A stretch of DNA of 32,000 nucleotides from Alkanindiges sp. WGS2144 (GTDB lineage Bacteria > Pseudomonadota > Gammaproteobacteria > Pseudomonadales > Moraxellaceae). The position numbers and the translations under genes were made by a program. Positions within the stretch are counted from its first letter, which is position 1; every line of letters begins with the position of its first letter. Under the pieces are notes generated by a model that ran no database searches, had not been told where the DNA came from, and saw only the letters and a program-made list of their open reading frames with translations. Location of the stretch: NCBI RefSeq assembly GCF_043950625.1, contig NZ_CP171007.1. The stretch is one strand, 5' to 3'. Shown here piece by piece: positions 24,801 through 32,000 of this stretch.

Positions 24801-24988
24801 CCATTGTGCTCACGGCACTGGCGGCCGTATTTGCCATGATTCCACTGTCACGCAGTATTTTCTTTGGCCCGATGGCGGTATCTATTATGGGTGGTCTGAT
24901 TGTCGCTACTGCGTTAACCCTATTATTTTTACCGGCGCTGTATGCGGCATGGTTTAAGGTAAAACCACCGCAAAATTCGATGCACTAA
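21803..24988 (+). CDS. RND efflux transporter permease (AcrB/AcrD/AcrF family).
   Basis: A protein of about 1,061 aa starting MRFNLSEWALSNRALVLFFMILL. It has 12-TM topology with two large periplasmic loops and a conserved LVDDAIIAVE motif. ATG 21803 is preferred over the track's TTG at 21797. Confidence 0.97.
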   Translation: MRFNLSEWALSNRALVLFFMILLALVGFVSYSKLGQSEDPPFTFKVMVVQTYWPGATAEQVSLQVTDRIEKKLMETGEFEKIIAYSRPGESTITFMARDSLRSKDIPDLWYNVRKKVGDIKQTLPVGVQGPYFNDEFGDTFGNIYVLTGQDFDYAVLKEYADRLQLQLQRVKDVGKVELVGLQDEKIWIELSNTKAVNLGLPLQAVQQALEAQNAIVPAGYFETPTDRIQLRVSGQFQSIDDIKHMPIEVAGRTIRLMDVAEVHRGFSDPAQPRMRFMGENGIGISVAMKKGGDILALGKNLQAEFARLQDTLPVGMSLSKVSDQPAAVKESVGEFVKVLAEAITIVLIVSFFSLGFRTGLVVAFSIPLVLAMTFAVMNYFDVGLHKISLGALVLALGLLVDDAIIAVEMMAIKMEQGFSRIKAAGFMWQSTAFPMLTGTLITAAGFLPIATAQSSTGEYTRSIFEVVTIALLVSWVAAVMFVPYLGEKLLPDMHNQHGQLSWYQRLWLRFKRKEQMPQEQPATPEPEVTVYAPVSSATSEAVHDPYATPFYQRFRRLVQLCVRYRKTVIAITVAAFVASIALFGLVQQQFFPPSNRLEIMVDLKLAEGASLKATEGQVAKLEKLLKNHPGIDNYVAYVGTGSPRFYLPLDQQMPQASFAQFVVLAKSMQDRDALKQWLSTTLNNQFSDVRSRVSLLENGPPVGYPVQFRVSGEDIAQVRHIARQVSAKVSENPHVTNVHLDWQEPSKVIYLDIDQDRARALGVDSSNLAQFLQFAMTGMDISQYREKRELIQIRIRGTAQERAQVESLASLAVPTSNGGSIPLAQIAKLNYGSEEGIIWHRNRLPTVTVRADIRGNQQPVTLVNQISPTLDGIRQALPSGYLLDVGGTVEDSARGQASVNAGMPLFLVVVMTLLMLQLRSISRSLIVMLTAPLGLIGVVLFLLLLNKPFGFVAMLGTIALSGMIMRNSLILIDQIEQDIAAGASPYQAISEATVRRFRPIVLTALAAVFAMIPLSRSIFFGPMAVSIMGGLIVATALTLLFLPALYAAWFKVKPPQNSMH

Positions 24989-25004
24989 TTTTTGCATTAG
25001 GTCA

Positions 25005-25052
25005 CACATCAATCATTTAACTGTGAATTGATGGGTGATGTGCGGTTTTTTT
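25005..25052 (+). terminator. Probable rho-independent terminator after the efflux operon.
   Basis: Nested stems cacatca...tgatgtg (25005-25011 / 25036-25042) and catcaat...attgatg, followed by cgg ttttttt (T-run at 25046-25052). Confidence 0.6.
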
Positions 25053-25119
25053 CAGGTTTGCACAGAACAGGTTTTTGCTTAGACTGTGCCGATGGAAAAA
25101 AGATAACTCTGGGATTGCT

Positions 25120-25491
25120 ATGGTAACAAGTCGCGCAATATCTCAACAGCAATGGGTAGCAATCAACTATGCTGGAATGTTGTTGTCTTTGCTATTGGGC
25201 GTGACAATTTTATTTTCGTTGTGGTCTAGCCAGCATTTTTTAAATCAGTCTCAGGATGTCTGGCTACGCGCTCACCAGCTATGGATTATGCGTAGCTGTG
25301 CCGGATTTTTGGTATTGCTGCTTCTGGTTGCCATGTTGTTGCTTCCCCTGTTGTGGGTGCCAGTGCAACAGGGCATCGGCCTGTATTGTGCCATGATTGC
25401 CCTGGTGGTTGCAGTGCTTTCCTGGATATGGTTATTGTACCGTAGTGTGCAGGGTTTACACTGCTTTATAAAAGGTAAAGCGATTTATTAA
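25120..25491 (+). CDS. Hypothetical small integral membrane protein (about 4 TM segments).
   Basis: Hydrophobic stretches AINYAGMLLSLLLGVTILFSLW, SCAGFLVLLLLVAMLLLPLLWV and GLYCAMIALVVAVLSWIWLLY. No motif recognised. Start taken at ATG 25120 instead of the track's TTG at 25075. Confidence 0.5.
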   Translation: MVTSRAISQQQWVAINYAGMLLSLLLGVTILFSLWSSQHFLNQSQDVWLRAHQLWIMRSCAGFLVLLLLVAMLLLPLLWVPVQQGIGLYCAMIALVVAVLSWIWLLYRSVQGLHCFIKGKAIY

Positions 25492-25503
25492 GCCAGTGTT
25501 GAA

Positions 25504-26820
25504 TTACTGGGTTGGTGAAACCCGCCAGATAATATTACCTACATCATCGGCTACCAGTATGCCGCCTGCTTTATCAACTGCTACACCCACTGGCCGTCCT
25601 AAAGCATCTCCATTGTCATTCACAAAACCAGTGAGTACATCTTGTGGCTGTCCTGCGGGTTGTCCATTTTGAAAGGGCACAAAAACGACTTTATAGCCGC
25701 TACGGGGTTTACGGTTCCAGGAGCCATGTTGTCCTACCAGGGCGCCATTGGCAAACTGTGGCATTAACTGGCCGTTATAAAAGGTCAATCCCAGTGATGC
25801 AGTATGGGCACCCAGTGCATAATCAGGCTTAAGGGCTTTGGCCACCATCGCCGGATTTTGCGGTTTTATACGTTCATCCACATGCTGACCATAATAGCTG
25901 TAAGGCCAGCCATAAAAACCGCCATCCTGCACCGAGGTCATGTAATCCGGCACCAGATCATTACCAATTTCATCACGCTCATTCACTGCTATCCACAGCG
26001 CACCACTTTGCGGCTGCCAACCCATTCCGTTAGGATTACGCAGGCCAGTCGCAAAAGGCCGCGCCTGACCGGTTGCAATATCAAACTCCAGAATACGCGC
26101 CCGGTTCTGTTCCTGGTCCAGTCCATTTTCACCGACATTACTGTTGGAACCGACGGTAATATAAAGTTTAGTGCTCTGGGGATTTGCAATGACATTTTTA
26201 GTCCAGTGATGATTAATGGTACCAGCCGGCAAATTCAGCACTTTGGTTCCTGTACTTTGAATACTGGTTGCGCCAGTTTGATAGGGAAAACGCATTAAGG
26301 CATCTGTATTGGCGACATAGAAATAATTACCCACCAGCGTCATGCCAAATGGTGAGCGCAGGTTTTGCAAAAATATGGATTTTTGATCGGCAATACCATC
26401 ACTATCGGTGTCACGCAATAAGCTGATCCGGTTGGCGCTTGGTGTGGCAGAACCCGCACGCTTCATCACCAGTTTCATGAGCTTACCTTTGATACCTTTG
26501 CTGTCATCCGGTTTTGGTGGTGCATTGGTTTCAGCCACTAACACATCGCCATTGGGTAATACATAGAGCCAGCGTGGATGGTCAAGCCCGGCAGCAAAAG
26601 GTTGTACTTTTAAACCAGCCGCTGGTATGGGCATTGTTCCTGTAGGCCAGCCTTTGGCAGGTGCAATGTGTACAGTGGGAATAAGCTGTTTTTTGGGTTC
26701 TGGCAAGACGGGTTGTGGGCCATAACTGCTATGAATCGGCTGTTTGCTGCTATGAGCGCAGCCTGTTAATGTAAATGCAACAGTACATCCGGCAACAACA
26801 AATAAATGCTTGGTATGCAT
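25504..26820 (-). CDS. PQQ-dependent sugar (glucose/sorbosone) dehydrogenase-family lipoprotein.
   Basis: Signal/lipobox FTLTGC. The beta-propeller GSDH-type blocks are PRWLYVLPNGDVLVAE, GSNSNVGENG, GLRNPNGMGWQP, LWIAVNERD and GGFYGWPY. AGGAG lies 7 nt upstream of ATG 26820. Confidence 0.85.
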   Translation of the reverse strand: MHTKHLFVVAGCTVAFTLTGCAHSSKQPIHSSYGPQPVLPEPKKQLIPTVHIAPAKGWPTGTMPIPAAGLKVQPFAAGLDHPRWLYVLPNGDVLVAETNAPPKPDDSKGIKGKLMKLVMKRAGSATPSANRISLLRDTDSDGIADQKSIFLQNLRSPFGMTLVGNYFYVANTDALMRFPYQTGATSIQSTGTKVLNLPAGTINHHWTKNVIANPQSTKLYITVGSNSNVGENGLDQEQNRARILEFDIATGQARPFATGLRNPNGMGWQPQSGALWIAVNERDEIGNDLVPDYMTSVQDGGFYGWPYSYYGQHVDERIKPQNPAMVAKALKPDYALGAHTASLGLTFYNGQLMPQFANGALVGQHGSWNRKPRSGYKVVFVPFQNGQPAGQPQDVLTGFVNDNGDALGRPVGVAVDKAGGILVADDVGNIIWRVSPTQ

Positions 26821-27009
26821 GGTAGCTCTCCTGATTATTATTTTCCTAATGTAAGTTTTTGATTAAAAATTAATCGTGTTTGTCCTGTTGCATCTGGTTG
26901 AGGATTGGTTACGACCCAGATTGACAGTAGCGCTTTTAATAAAAATACTATTTATCAGTCTGATAGAGGGTGTGGACGGCTACAAAAATTAAAAAAACTA
27001 AAATTAGCG

Positions 27010-27038
27010 CTTGCAAAATCAAAATAACGCCCCAAGAT
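27010..27038 (+). promoter_or_regulatory. Sigma32 (heat-shock)-type promoter of dnaJ.
   Basis: CTTGCAA (27010-27016), a 13-nt spacer, then CCCCAAGAT (27030-27038). The E. coli sigma32 consensus is CTTGAAA-N13/14-CCCCATnT. It ends about 45 nt upstream of ATG 27084. Confidence 0.6.
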
Positions 27039-27083
27039 TAGCCGCAATTGTTCAATTGATTTTGGTTAGGAGTTATGCCACCC

Positions 27084-28193
27084 ATGGCAAAGAGAGACTA
27101 CTACGAAGTTTTAGGGTTATCCAAAGGGGCTAGCGAGGACGAAATTAAAAAGGCCTATCGCAAGCTTGCCATGAAATATCATCCAGACCGTAATCCTGAC
27201 AACAAGGAAGCTGAAGAAAAATTCAAGGAAGCTTCTGAAGCTTATGAAGTGCTTTCAGACAGTGACAAGCGTTCGGCCTATGATCGTATGGGTCATAGTG
27301 CCTTTGAAGGCATGGGCGGGTTTGGTGGCGGTGGTTTTAATGCCCAGGATATCTTTAGCCAGTTTGGTGATATTTTTGGCGACATGTTTGGTGGGCGTGG
27401 AGCAGGCGGTGGCCAGCGTCAGCGTCGTGGGGCAGACTTGCGCTACGTGATGGAGCTGACCCTGGAAGAAGCGGTAAAAGGGGTGAAAAAAACCATCAGC
27501 TTTACCGCACCAGCGTCTTGTGAAGCCTGTCAGGGTCGGGGTAGTAAAAATCCACAGGATGTGACCACTTGCCAGACTTGTCATGGTTCGGGTCAGGTTC
27601 GTATGCAGCAGGGCTTTTTCTCGGTGCAGCAAACCTGCCATAGCTGTCATGGCCGTGGCAAGCAGGTGAAAAACCCGTGTAATGTTTGCCATGGTTCCGG
27701 GGTGGCCGAACGTAAGCGTACACTGGAAGTGAGTATTCCAGCCGGTGTAGACAATGGCGACCGGGTGCGCCTGAGTGGTGAAGGCGAGGCCGGTGGCGCA
27801 GGTATTCAGCCGGGTGACCTGTATGTCGAGGTAGTGGTGCGCGAGCATCCGGTATTTCAGCGTGATGGTGCCGACTTATATATGGATGTGCCGGTTAGCT
27901 TTACTGATGCTGCCCTTGGCAAGGAAGTAGAAATTCCAACTCTGGATGGCCGAGTAAGCCTGAAAATTCCTGAAGGAACACAAACCGGTAAACTGTTCCG
28001 CTTGCGTGGTAAAGGGGTAAAGCCGGTACGTACCAGTATGGTGGGTGACTTACTGTGCCGTGTGGTGGTAGAGACTCCGGTAAATCTGACCACTCGCCAA
28101 AAAGAATTATTACAGGAACTGCAAACCACTTTGGATGGTGATGATAAGCAGTCTCCGCGAAAAAAATCATTTTTTGAGCGTCTGTTTGACTAA
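27084..28193 (+). CDS. dnaJ: Molecular chaperone DnaJ (Hsp40).
   Basis: [11 protein letters not shown]...YHPDRN J-domain, a G/F-rich linker and four CxxCxGxG zinc-finger repeats ([32 protein letters not shown]). AGGAG lies 11 nt upstream of ATG 27084. The track's ATG at 27075 adds MPP. Confidence 0.98.
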   Translation: MAKRDYYEVLGLSKGASEDEIKKAYRKLAMKYHPDRNPDNKEAEEKFKEASEAYEVLSDSDKRSAYDRMGHSAFEGMGGFGGGGFNAQDIFSQFGDIFGDMFGGRGAGGGQRQRRGADLRYVMELTLEEAVKGVKKTISFTAPASCEACQGRGSKNPQDVTTCQTCHGSGQVRMQQGFFSVQQTCHSCHGRGKQVKNPCNVCHGSGVAERKRTLEVSIPAGVDNGDRVRLSGEGEAGGAGIQPGDLYVEVVVREHPVFQRDGADLYMDVPVSFTDAALGKEVEIPTLDGRVSLKIPEGTQTGKLFRLRGKGVKPVRTSMVGDLLCRVVVETPVNLTTRQKELLQELQTTLDGDDKQSPRKKSFFERLFD

Positions 28194-28207
28194 GTCATTT
28201 TAATGAA

Positions 28208-28238
28208 GGGTTTATTGGCAACGATAAGCCCTTTTTTT
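28208..28238 (+). terminator. Rho-independent terminator of dnaJ.
   Basis: gggtttat-tggcaacg-ataagccc forms an 8-bp stem (one G-U pair) followed by ttttttt. Confidence 0.8.
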
Positions 28239-28337
28239 ATAGTTCAGGCCAGGTTTGTGGCTTTAGATATGACGTGGCAGTATTTTTTACACTATAGTAA
28301 GTGCCATTGGTAATAACAGCTATACGGAAAACACATT

Positions 28338-29162
28338 ATGGCAACAACTTCTTTGCATAACCTGCGTATTGGTGTTCTGGGAGCAGGTGGTCGCATGGGT
28401 CGTATGTTGATTCAGGCAGTGCATCAGGCGGATTATCAGCTGGCAGCAGCAGTAGAGCATCCAGGCAGTTCGTTACTGGGTAGTGATGCCGGTGAACTGG
28501 CAGGGGTAGGATGCTTAAATGTACCAGTGGTGAGTGGCTTGCAGGAAGTCATTGACCAGTGTGATGTAGTGATTGATTTTAGCTTACCGCATGCTACAGA
28601 GCAGCATTTACAAATATGTCAGCAGGCAAAGGTAGCCATGGTCATTGGCACTACTGGCCTTTCTGATATACAAAAGCAGCTTGTTAGCGATACAGCACAG
28701 CATATTCAGGTGGTATATTCGGGTAATTACTCGGTTGGTGTGAATATCTCACTAAAAATGCTGGAAGTGGCCGCACGTGCTTTTGGTGATAGCGTCGATA
28801 TTGAGATTATCGAAGCACACCATCGCCATAAGGTAGATGCACCCTCAGGTACGGCATATATGATGGGTGAAACCGTCGCCAATGCATTGGATCGTAACCT
28901 AAAAGAAGTAGCGGTTTATGGACGTGAGGGGCATACTGGGCCACGTGATCGGCAAACCATTGGCTTTGAAACCATTCGCGGTGGCGATATTGTCGGTGAG
29001 CATACCGTCATGTTTATTGGTGAAGGCGAGCGGGTAGAGGTCAAGCACCTGGCCACCAATCGCATGAATTTTGCCAGCGGTGCGGTGCGTGCAGCGGCCT
29101 GGGTGGTGCAACAGCCCAATGGACGTTATGACATGCAGGACGTATTATCCTTAAAAAATTAA
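28338..29162 (+). CDS. dapB: 4-hydroxy-tetrahydrodipicolinate reductase.
   Basis: 274 aa. N-terminal Rossmann motif [13 protein letters not shown] and the DapB catalytic block [15 protein letters not shown]. Confidence 0.96.
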   Translation: MATTSLHNLRIGVLGAGGRMGRMLIQAVHQADYQLAAAVEHPGSSLLGSDAGELAGVGCLNVPVVSGLQEVIDQCDVVIDFSLPHATEQHLQICQQAKVAMVIGTTGLSDIQKQLVSDTAQHIQVVYSGNYSVGVNISLKMLEVAARAFGDSVDIEIIEAHHRHKVDAPSGTAYMMGETVANALDRNLKEVAVYGREGHTGPRDRQTIGFETIRGGDIVGEHTVMFIGEGERVEVKHLATNRMNFASGAVRAAAWVVQQPNGRYDMQDVLSLKN

Positions 29163-29184
29163 AGTCAAAGGCAGAACTTAATTC

Positions 29185-29880
29185 ATGAAATACTTAAAAC
29201 CGTTTGTATTGTTGCGTCAAACCAGTCTTGGCCTGAGCCTGGCTTTAATCAGTCTGGCCGCCGTGCAGGCAGAAGAGGCAGTTAATCCTGGCAAGCTGGC
29301 TATCAATAAAAACGGTATTAAAGTATGGACCTATCAAACGCCCAATAATCCTGCCTTTAACTATCGCGCGACCACAGTGCTCAACACCAGTTTAACCAGT
29401 GCCGCTGCGGTCATTCTGGATACCGATTCACTCATTCGCTGGGTGCCTTATGTGAGTGCAGTTGATTTGATTGAGCGCAATCCTGATAACGGCACCTTTG
29501 TTTTGCGTATGCAACTGAATTTTCCGTTTCCGTTACAAAAGCGCGATATTGTAGTGCGTGGTAAAATCAGCCAGACCAGCGACGGTACAGTAACTATTAA
29601 AAATCAGGCCATTAGTGATAGGCGGGCTCCCTTGCGCCAGAATGTTGTCCGACTGACGCATTACGAGGGCGATTGGACATTAAAGCCTCTGGCCGCCAAC
29701 AAGGTCGAAGTGACTACCAGCGGCTATGCTGATCCAGGCGGTGCCATTCCTTTATCGATTGCCAATCATTTTGTGCAACAGCAGCCCTACCAGATGCTGG
29801 GCAGCATGAAAAACTACGTTAAAAATGCACGTTACCAGCAGGCCCAACTAGAGTTTATTCGTGATCCATATGCAAAGTAG
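29185..29880 (+). CDS. Secreted START/SRPBCC-like lipid-binding domain protein.
   Basis: Signal peptide LSLALISLAAVQA. START-like blocks IKVWTYQ...FNYRATTVL, ILDTDSLIRWVPY, FPFPLQKRDIVV, GDWTLKPL and ADPGGAIPLSIANHF. Confidence 0.65.
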   Translation: MKYLKPFVLLRQTSLGLSLALISLAAVQAEEAVNPGKLAINKNGIKVWTYQTPNNPAFNYRATTVLNTSLTSAAAVILDTDSLIRWVPYVSAVDLIERNPDNGTFVLRMQLNFPFPLQKRDIVVRGKISQTSDGTVTIKNQAISDRRAPLRQNVVRLTHYEGDWTLKPLAANKVEVTTSGYADPGGAIPLSIANHFVQQQPYQMLGSMKNYVKNARYQQAQLEFIRDPYAK

Positions 29881-29901
29881 TTGATTATTTTATAATAAAA
29901 A

Positions 29902-29929
29902 AGCTGAAGCCCAAACTTCAGCTTTTTTA
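29902..29929. terminator. Bidirectional rho-independent terminator between convergent genes.
   Basis: aaaaaa-agctgaag-cccaaa-cttcagct-tttttt forms a perfect 8-bp stem with an A-run upstream and a T-run downstream. Confidence 0.85.
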
Positions 29930-29944
29930 TTGGTTTAAGTGCTA

Positions 29945-30967
29945 TTAATCAAAATCGGCTTTTAACACCACCCGGTAGCGTGCCTTGCCATCACGCACAT
30001 GCTGTAATGCCTGGTTAACCTGTGACATGGGAAATACTTCAACCGTGGGTTCAACCCCGGCTCGCGCAGAAAAATTCAACAGCTTGCGTAGTGCCACCGG
30101 TGAACCTGTGGGCGAGCCGGTCACTGATTTGGCACCGCTAATGAGGGTAAAAGCTGGCACGGCAATCGGCTCAAGCACCGCCCCAACGGTATGGAATTTA
30201 CCCTCTGGCGCTAGCGCTGCAAAATAAGGCATCCAGTCCAGGCTGACATTAATGGTATTAATAATAAGATCAAACTGGCCACGTAATGCTTTTAACGCGG
30301 CTTTATCGCGGCTGTTGACCACATGGTCAGCGCCCATTGCCAGAATTTCCTGGGTTTTCTCAGGGCTTGAACTAAAAGCTATCACTTCACAGCCCCAGGC
30401 ACGTAGCAGCTTAATGGCCATATGGCCCAAGCCTCCAATACCAATGACGCCCACCTTGCTGATCGCCTGAATATTGTGGCGTAACAAGGGATCAAATACA
30501 GTGATACCACCACACAATAAAGGCCCTGCTACTTCAGGGTTTAAACCTTCGGGTACTGGAATTATCCATTGCCAGCCGGCACGCAGCTTTTCTGCAAAAC
30601 CACCACGATTACTAATGGTTGAGGTACTGCCGTTCTGGCACAGTACCTGCTTACCATCCAGGCAGGGATCACAATACTGACAATTATCAGCCGTCCAGCC
30701 AATACCCACGCGCTGACCAATTTGCAGTCCTTTGTTCTGTGCTTCGCTACCAAGTGCACTAATACGACCAATCACTTCATGCCCGGCAATCAATGGATAC
30801 ACCGAACTGCCCCACTCATTGTCAATCATGGATAAATCAGAGTGGCAGATGCCGCAGTATTCCACCTGAACTTCTACCTCGTGCGCCTTAAGCTCACTGG
30901 CCTCATATTCATAGGGTTGCAAGTCTTGGCCAGCTTCTAAAGCCGCATAGCTACGAATGAGGGTCAT
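29945..30967 (-). CDS. Zn-dependent NAD(P)-alcohol dehydrogenase (YahK/cinnamyl-alcohol-dehydrogenase-like MDR family).
   Basis: CGICHSD and GHEVIG zinc ligands, the structural-Zn cysteine cluster [15 protein letters not shown] and the GIGGLGH cofactor loop. Confidence 0.93.
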   Translation of the reverse strand: MTLIRSYAALEAGQDLQPYEYEASELKAHEVEVQVEYCGICHSDLSMIDNEWGSSVYPLIAGHEVIGRISALGSEAQNKGLQIGQRVGIGWTADNCQYCDPCLDGKQVLCQNGSTSTISNRGGFAEKLRAGWQWIIPVPEGLNPEVAGPLLCGGITVFDPLLRHNIQAISKVGVIGIGGLGHMAIKLLRAWGCEVIAFSSSPEKTQEILAMGADHVVNSRDKAALKALRGQFDLIINTINVSLDWMPYFAALAPEGKFHTVGAVLEPIAVPAFTLISGAKSVTGSPTGSPVALRKLLNFSARAGVEPTVEVFPMSQVNQALQHVRDGKARYRVVLKADFD

Positions 30968-31184
30968 GGTAATATCCTTGAGTGACGGCAGATTGAATAA
31001 ATTCAGGTAAAGGCAGTTAGCAATTTGCTTTACGGCATTTTTACAGCGTTTGACCAGCGCGTTGCCTGGTCAGCAAACCATAATAAACAATTTGTCCAGG
31101 CCAGCCTATGGCAACTACAAAAGCACATCAAACCATAGTGGTAGGGTACGCAACTATGCTAGGTGTTGGAGTAGCAATTCGTTC

Positions 31185-31436
31185 TTATTTCGGGCAACTC
31201 CAGCTCATCCAGCATTGCGTCTTGGTATCCCAATATTCTAGCCGAGCCAGATCAAGTTGCTCAAAATCAACCCAGTGGTCCTGTCCGGTTTTTTCAGAAA
31301 AGCCTGTACTCATGAGCAAGGCATCTTCAGTAATTTCCATGATCCAGCCTTGCAGTATTTGGCCACTTTTCAGACTAATGCGCTGCTGATTACCACTTTG
31401 GGCAAAATTGACCATGTGTTCAGCCAGTTGCGGCAT
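31185..31436 (-). CDS. Hypothetical 83-aa protein, translationally coupled to the upstream M23 peptidase gene.
   Basis: ATG 31436 lies 2 nt after the peptidase stop (31439-31441). No motif recognised. It competes with an overlapping plus-strand ORF (31108-31389), so its coding status is uncertain. Confidence 0.45.
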   Translation of the reverse strand: MPQLAEHMVNFAQSGNQQRISLKSGQILQGWIMEITEDALLMSTGFSEKTGQDHWVDFEQLDLARLEYWDTKTQCWMSWSCPK

Positions 31437-31438
31437 GT

Positions 31439-32000
31439 TTAAGATCTCACCAAATAGTAGTAGGGATTAACGGCGCCGCGGCCCTTACCAGACAAATAAA
31501 CGCCATAATGCAGATGCGGTGAACCACCGCGTGCGTTGCCGGTATTGCCCACATAACCAATCACCTGGCCTTTTTTAACCCGGTCACCTACATTCAGACC
31601 GCGTTTATGTTTGCTTAAGTGTGCATAGTAGTGATAACTGCCGGCAGGCCCTGCAACCCAGATTACTTTTCCACCCAGTTTATTGTTGCGCATGTCTACC
31701 ACCACGCCCGCCGTACTGCTTAATACCTTGGTGCCTCGCGCTGCCATAATATCAATACCTTCATGACGGCGGCCACTACTGCGTGCAGCGCCCCAGGTAT
31801 CCTTGAGCTGGCGGGGCTTGACTCCTTTTACCGGCACTGGCAAGTATTCGGGCAAAGCTTGCTGGCGTAGCCGTAAAATATCCGCCTGAGCAGAGGCTGG
31901 CAGCGGTTTTTGCTTAGGTGCACTGGCGCATCCTGCCGCCAATGCAAGCACAGACACCAGCAACAGCCAGCGAAACTGGTTAAAGCAGAAAAGCAGGGTA
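31439..32000 (-). CDS. M23/LytM-family metallopeptidase lipoprotein, 5'-partial. The frame stays open to the window end.
   Basis: HxxxD motif in RRHEGIDI and HxH motif in GGSPHLHYG. Lipobox LALAAGC. Upstream in-frame codons to nt 32000 (TLLFCFNQFRWLL...) contain no stop, so the true start is outside the window. Confidence 0.85.
   Translation of the reverse strand, partial: TLLFCFNQFRWLLLVSVLALAAGCASAPKQKPLPASAQADILRLRQQALPEYLPVPVKGVKPRQLKDTWGAARSSGRRHEGIDIMAARGTKVLSSTAGVVVDMRNNKLGGKVIWVAGPAGSYHYYAHLSKHKRGLNVGDRVKKGQVIGYVGNTGNARGGSPHLHYGVYLSGKGRGAVNPYYYLVRS

Noticed and set aside
31108-31389. A 93-aa plus-strand ORF overlapping the 83-aa minus-strand ORF.
   Set aside because: It has no SD sequence and is not coupled to any neighbour. 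The minus-strand ORF has tight coupling to the M23 gene. Neither is proven, so only the minus-strand one is listed, at low confidence.

Overview
This is a 32-kb chromosomal window from a gammaproteobacterium. The gene content looks Moraxellaceae/Acinetobacter-like (an Ata-type trimeric autotransporter with a TpgA-like partner, and a solitary dnaJ next to dapB), but that is inference only because no database search was possible. All functional calls rest on motif and architecture recognition from the ORF track and the DNA.

Layout:
- 1-7942: the 3' 7 kb of a giant trimeric autotransporter adhesin, followed by a BamE/OmpA-domain lipoprotein. The adhesin stalk contains about 3.5 perfectly identical 1,149-bp tandem units.
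- 8189-9871: ilvD.
- About 9.9-13.4 kb: an AT-richer islet. It holds an N-terminal vgrG fragment, an intact GxSxG lipase-like gene, a frameshifted and stop-containing vgrG C-terminal remnant, and an oppositely oriented lipoprotein gene. I read this as a decayed or rearranged orphan T6SS vgrG-effector(-immunity) module. It is the best candidate for something unusual in this window.
- 13.4-20.5 kb: a MarR + alpha/beta-hydrolase operon, a DUF4259-like gene, ppc, an HD-domain + paralogous alpha/beta-hydrolase operon, and a TetR gene with an in-frame amber codon at codon 20.
- 20.5-25 kb: an MFP + RND efflux pair, divergent from the TetR gene.
- 25-32 kb: a small membrane protein, a PQQ-type sugar dehydrogenase lipoprotein, dnaJ with a sigma32-like promoter, dapB, a secreted START-like protein, a Zn alcohol dehydrogenase, a small unknown ORF and a partial M23 peptidase.

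I saw no rRNA, tRNA, CRISPR array, transposase or integrase.
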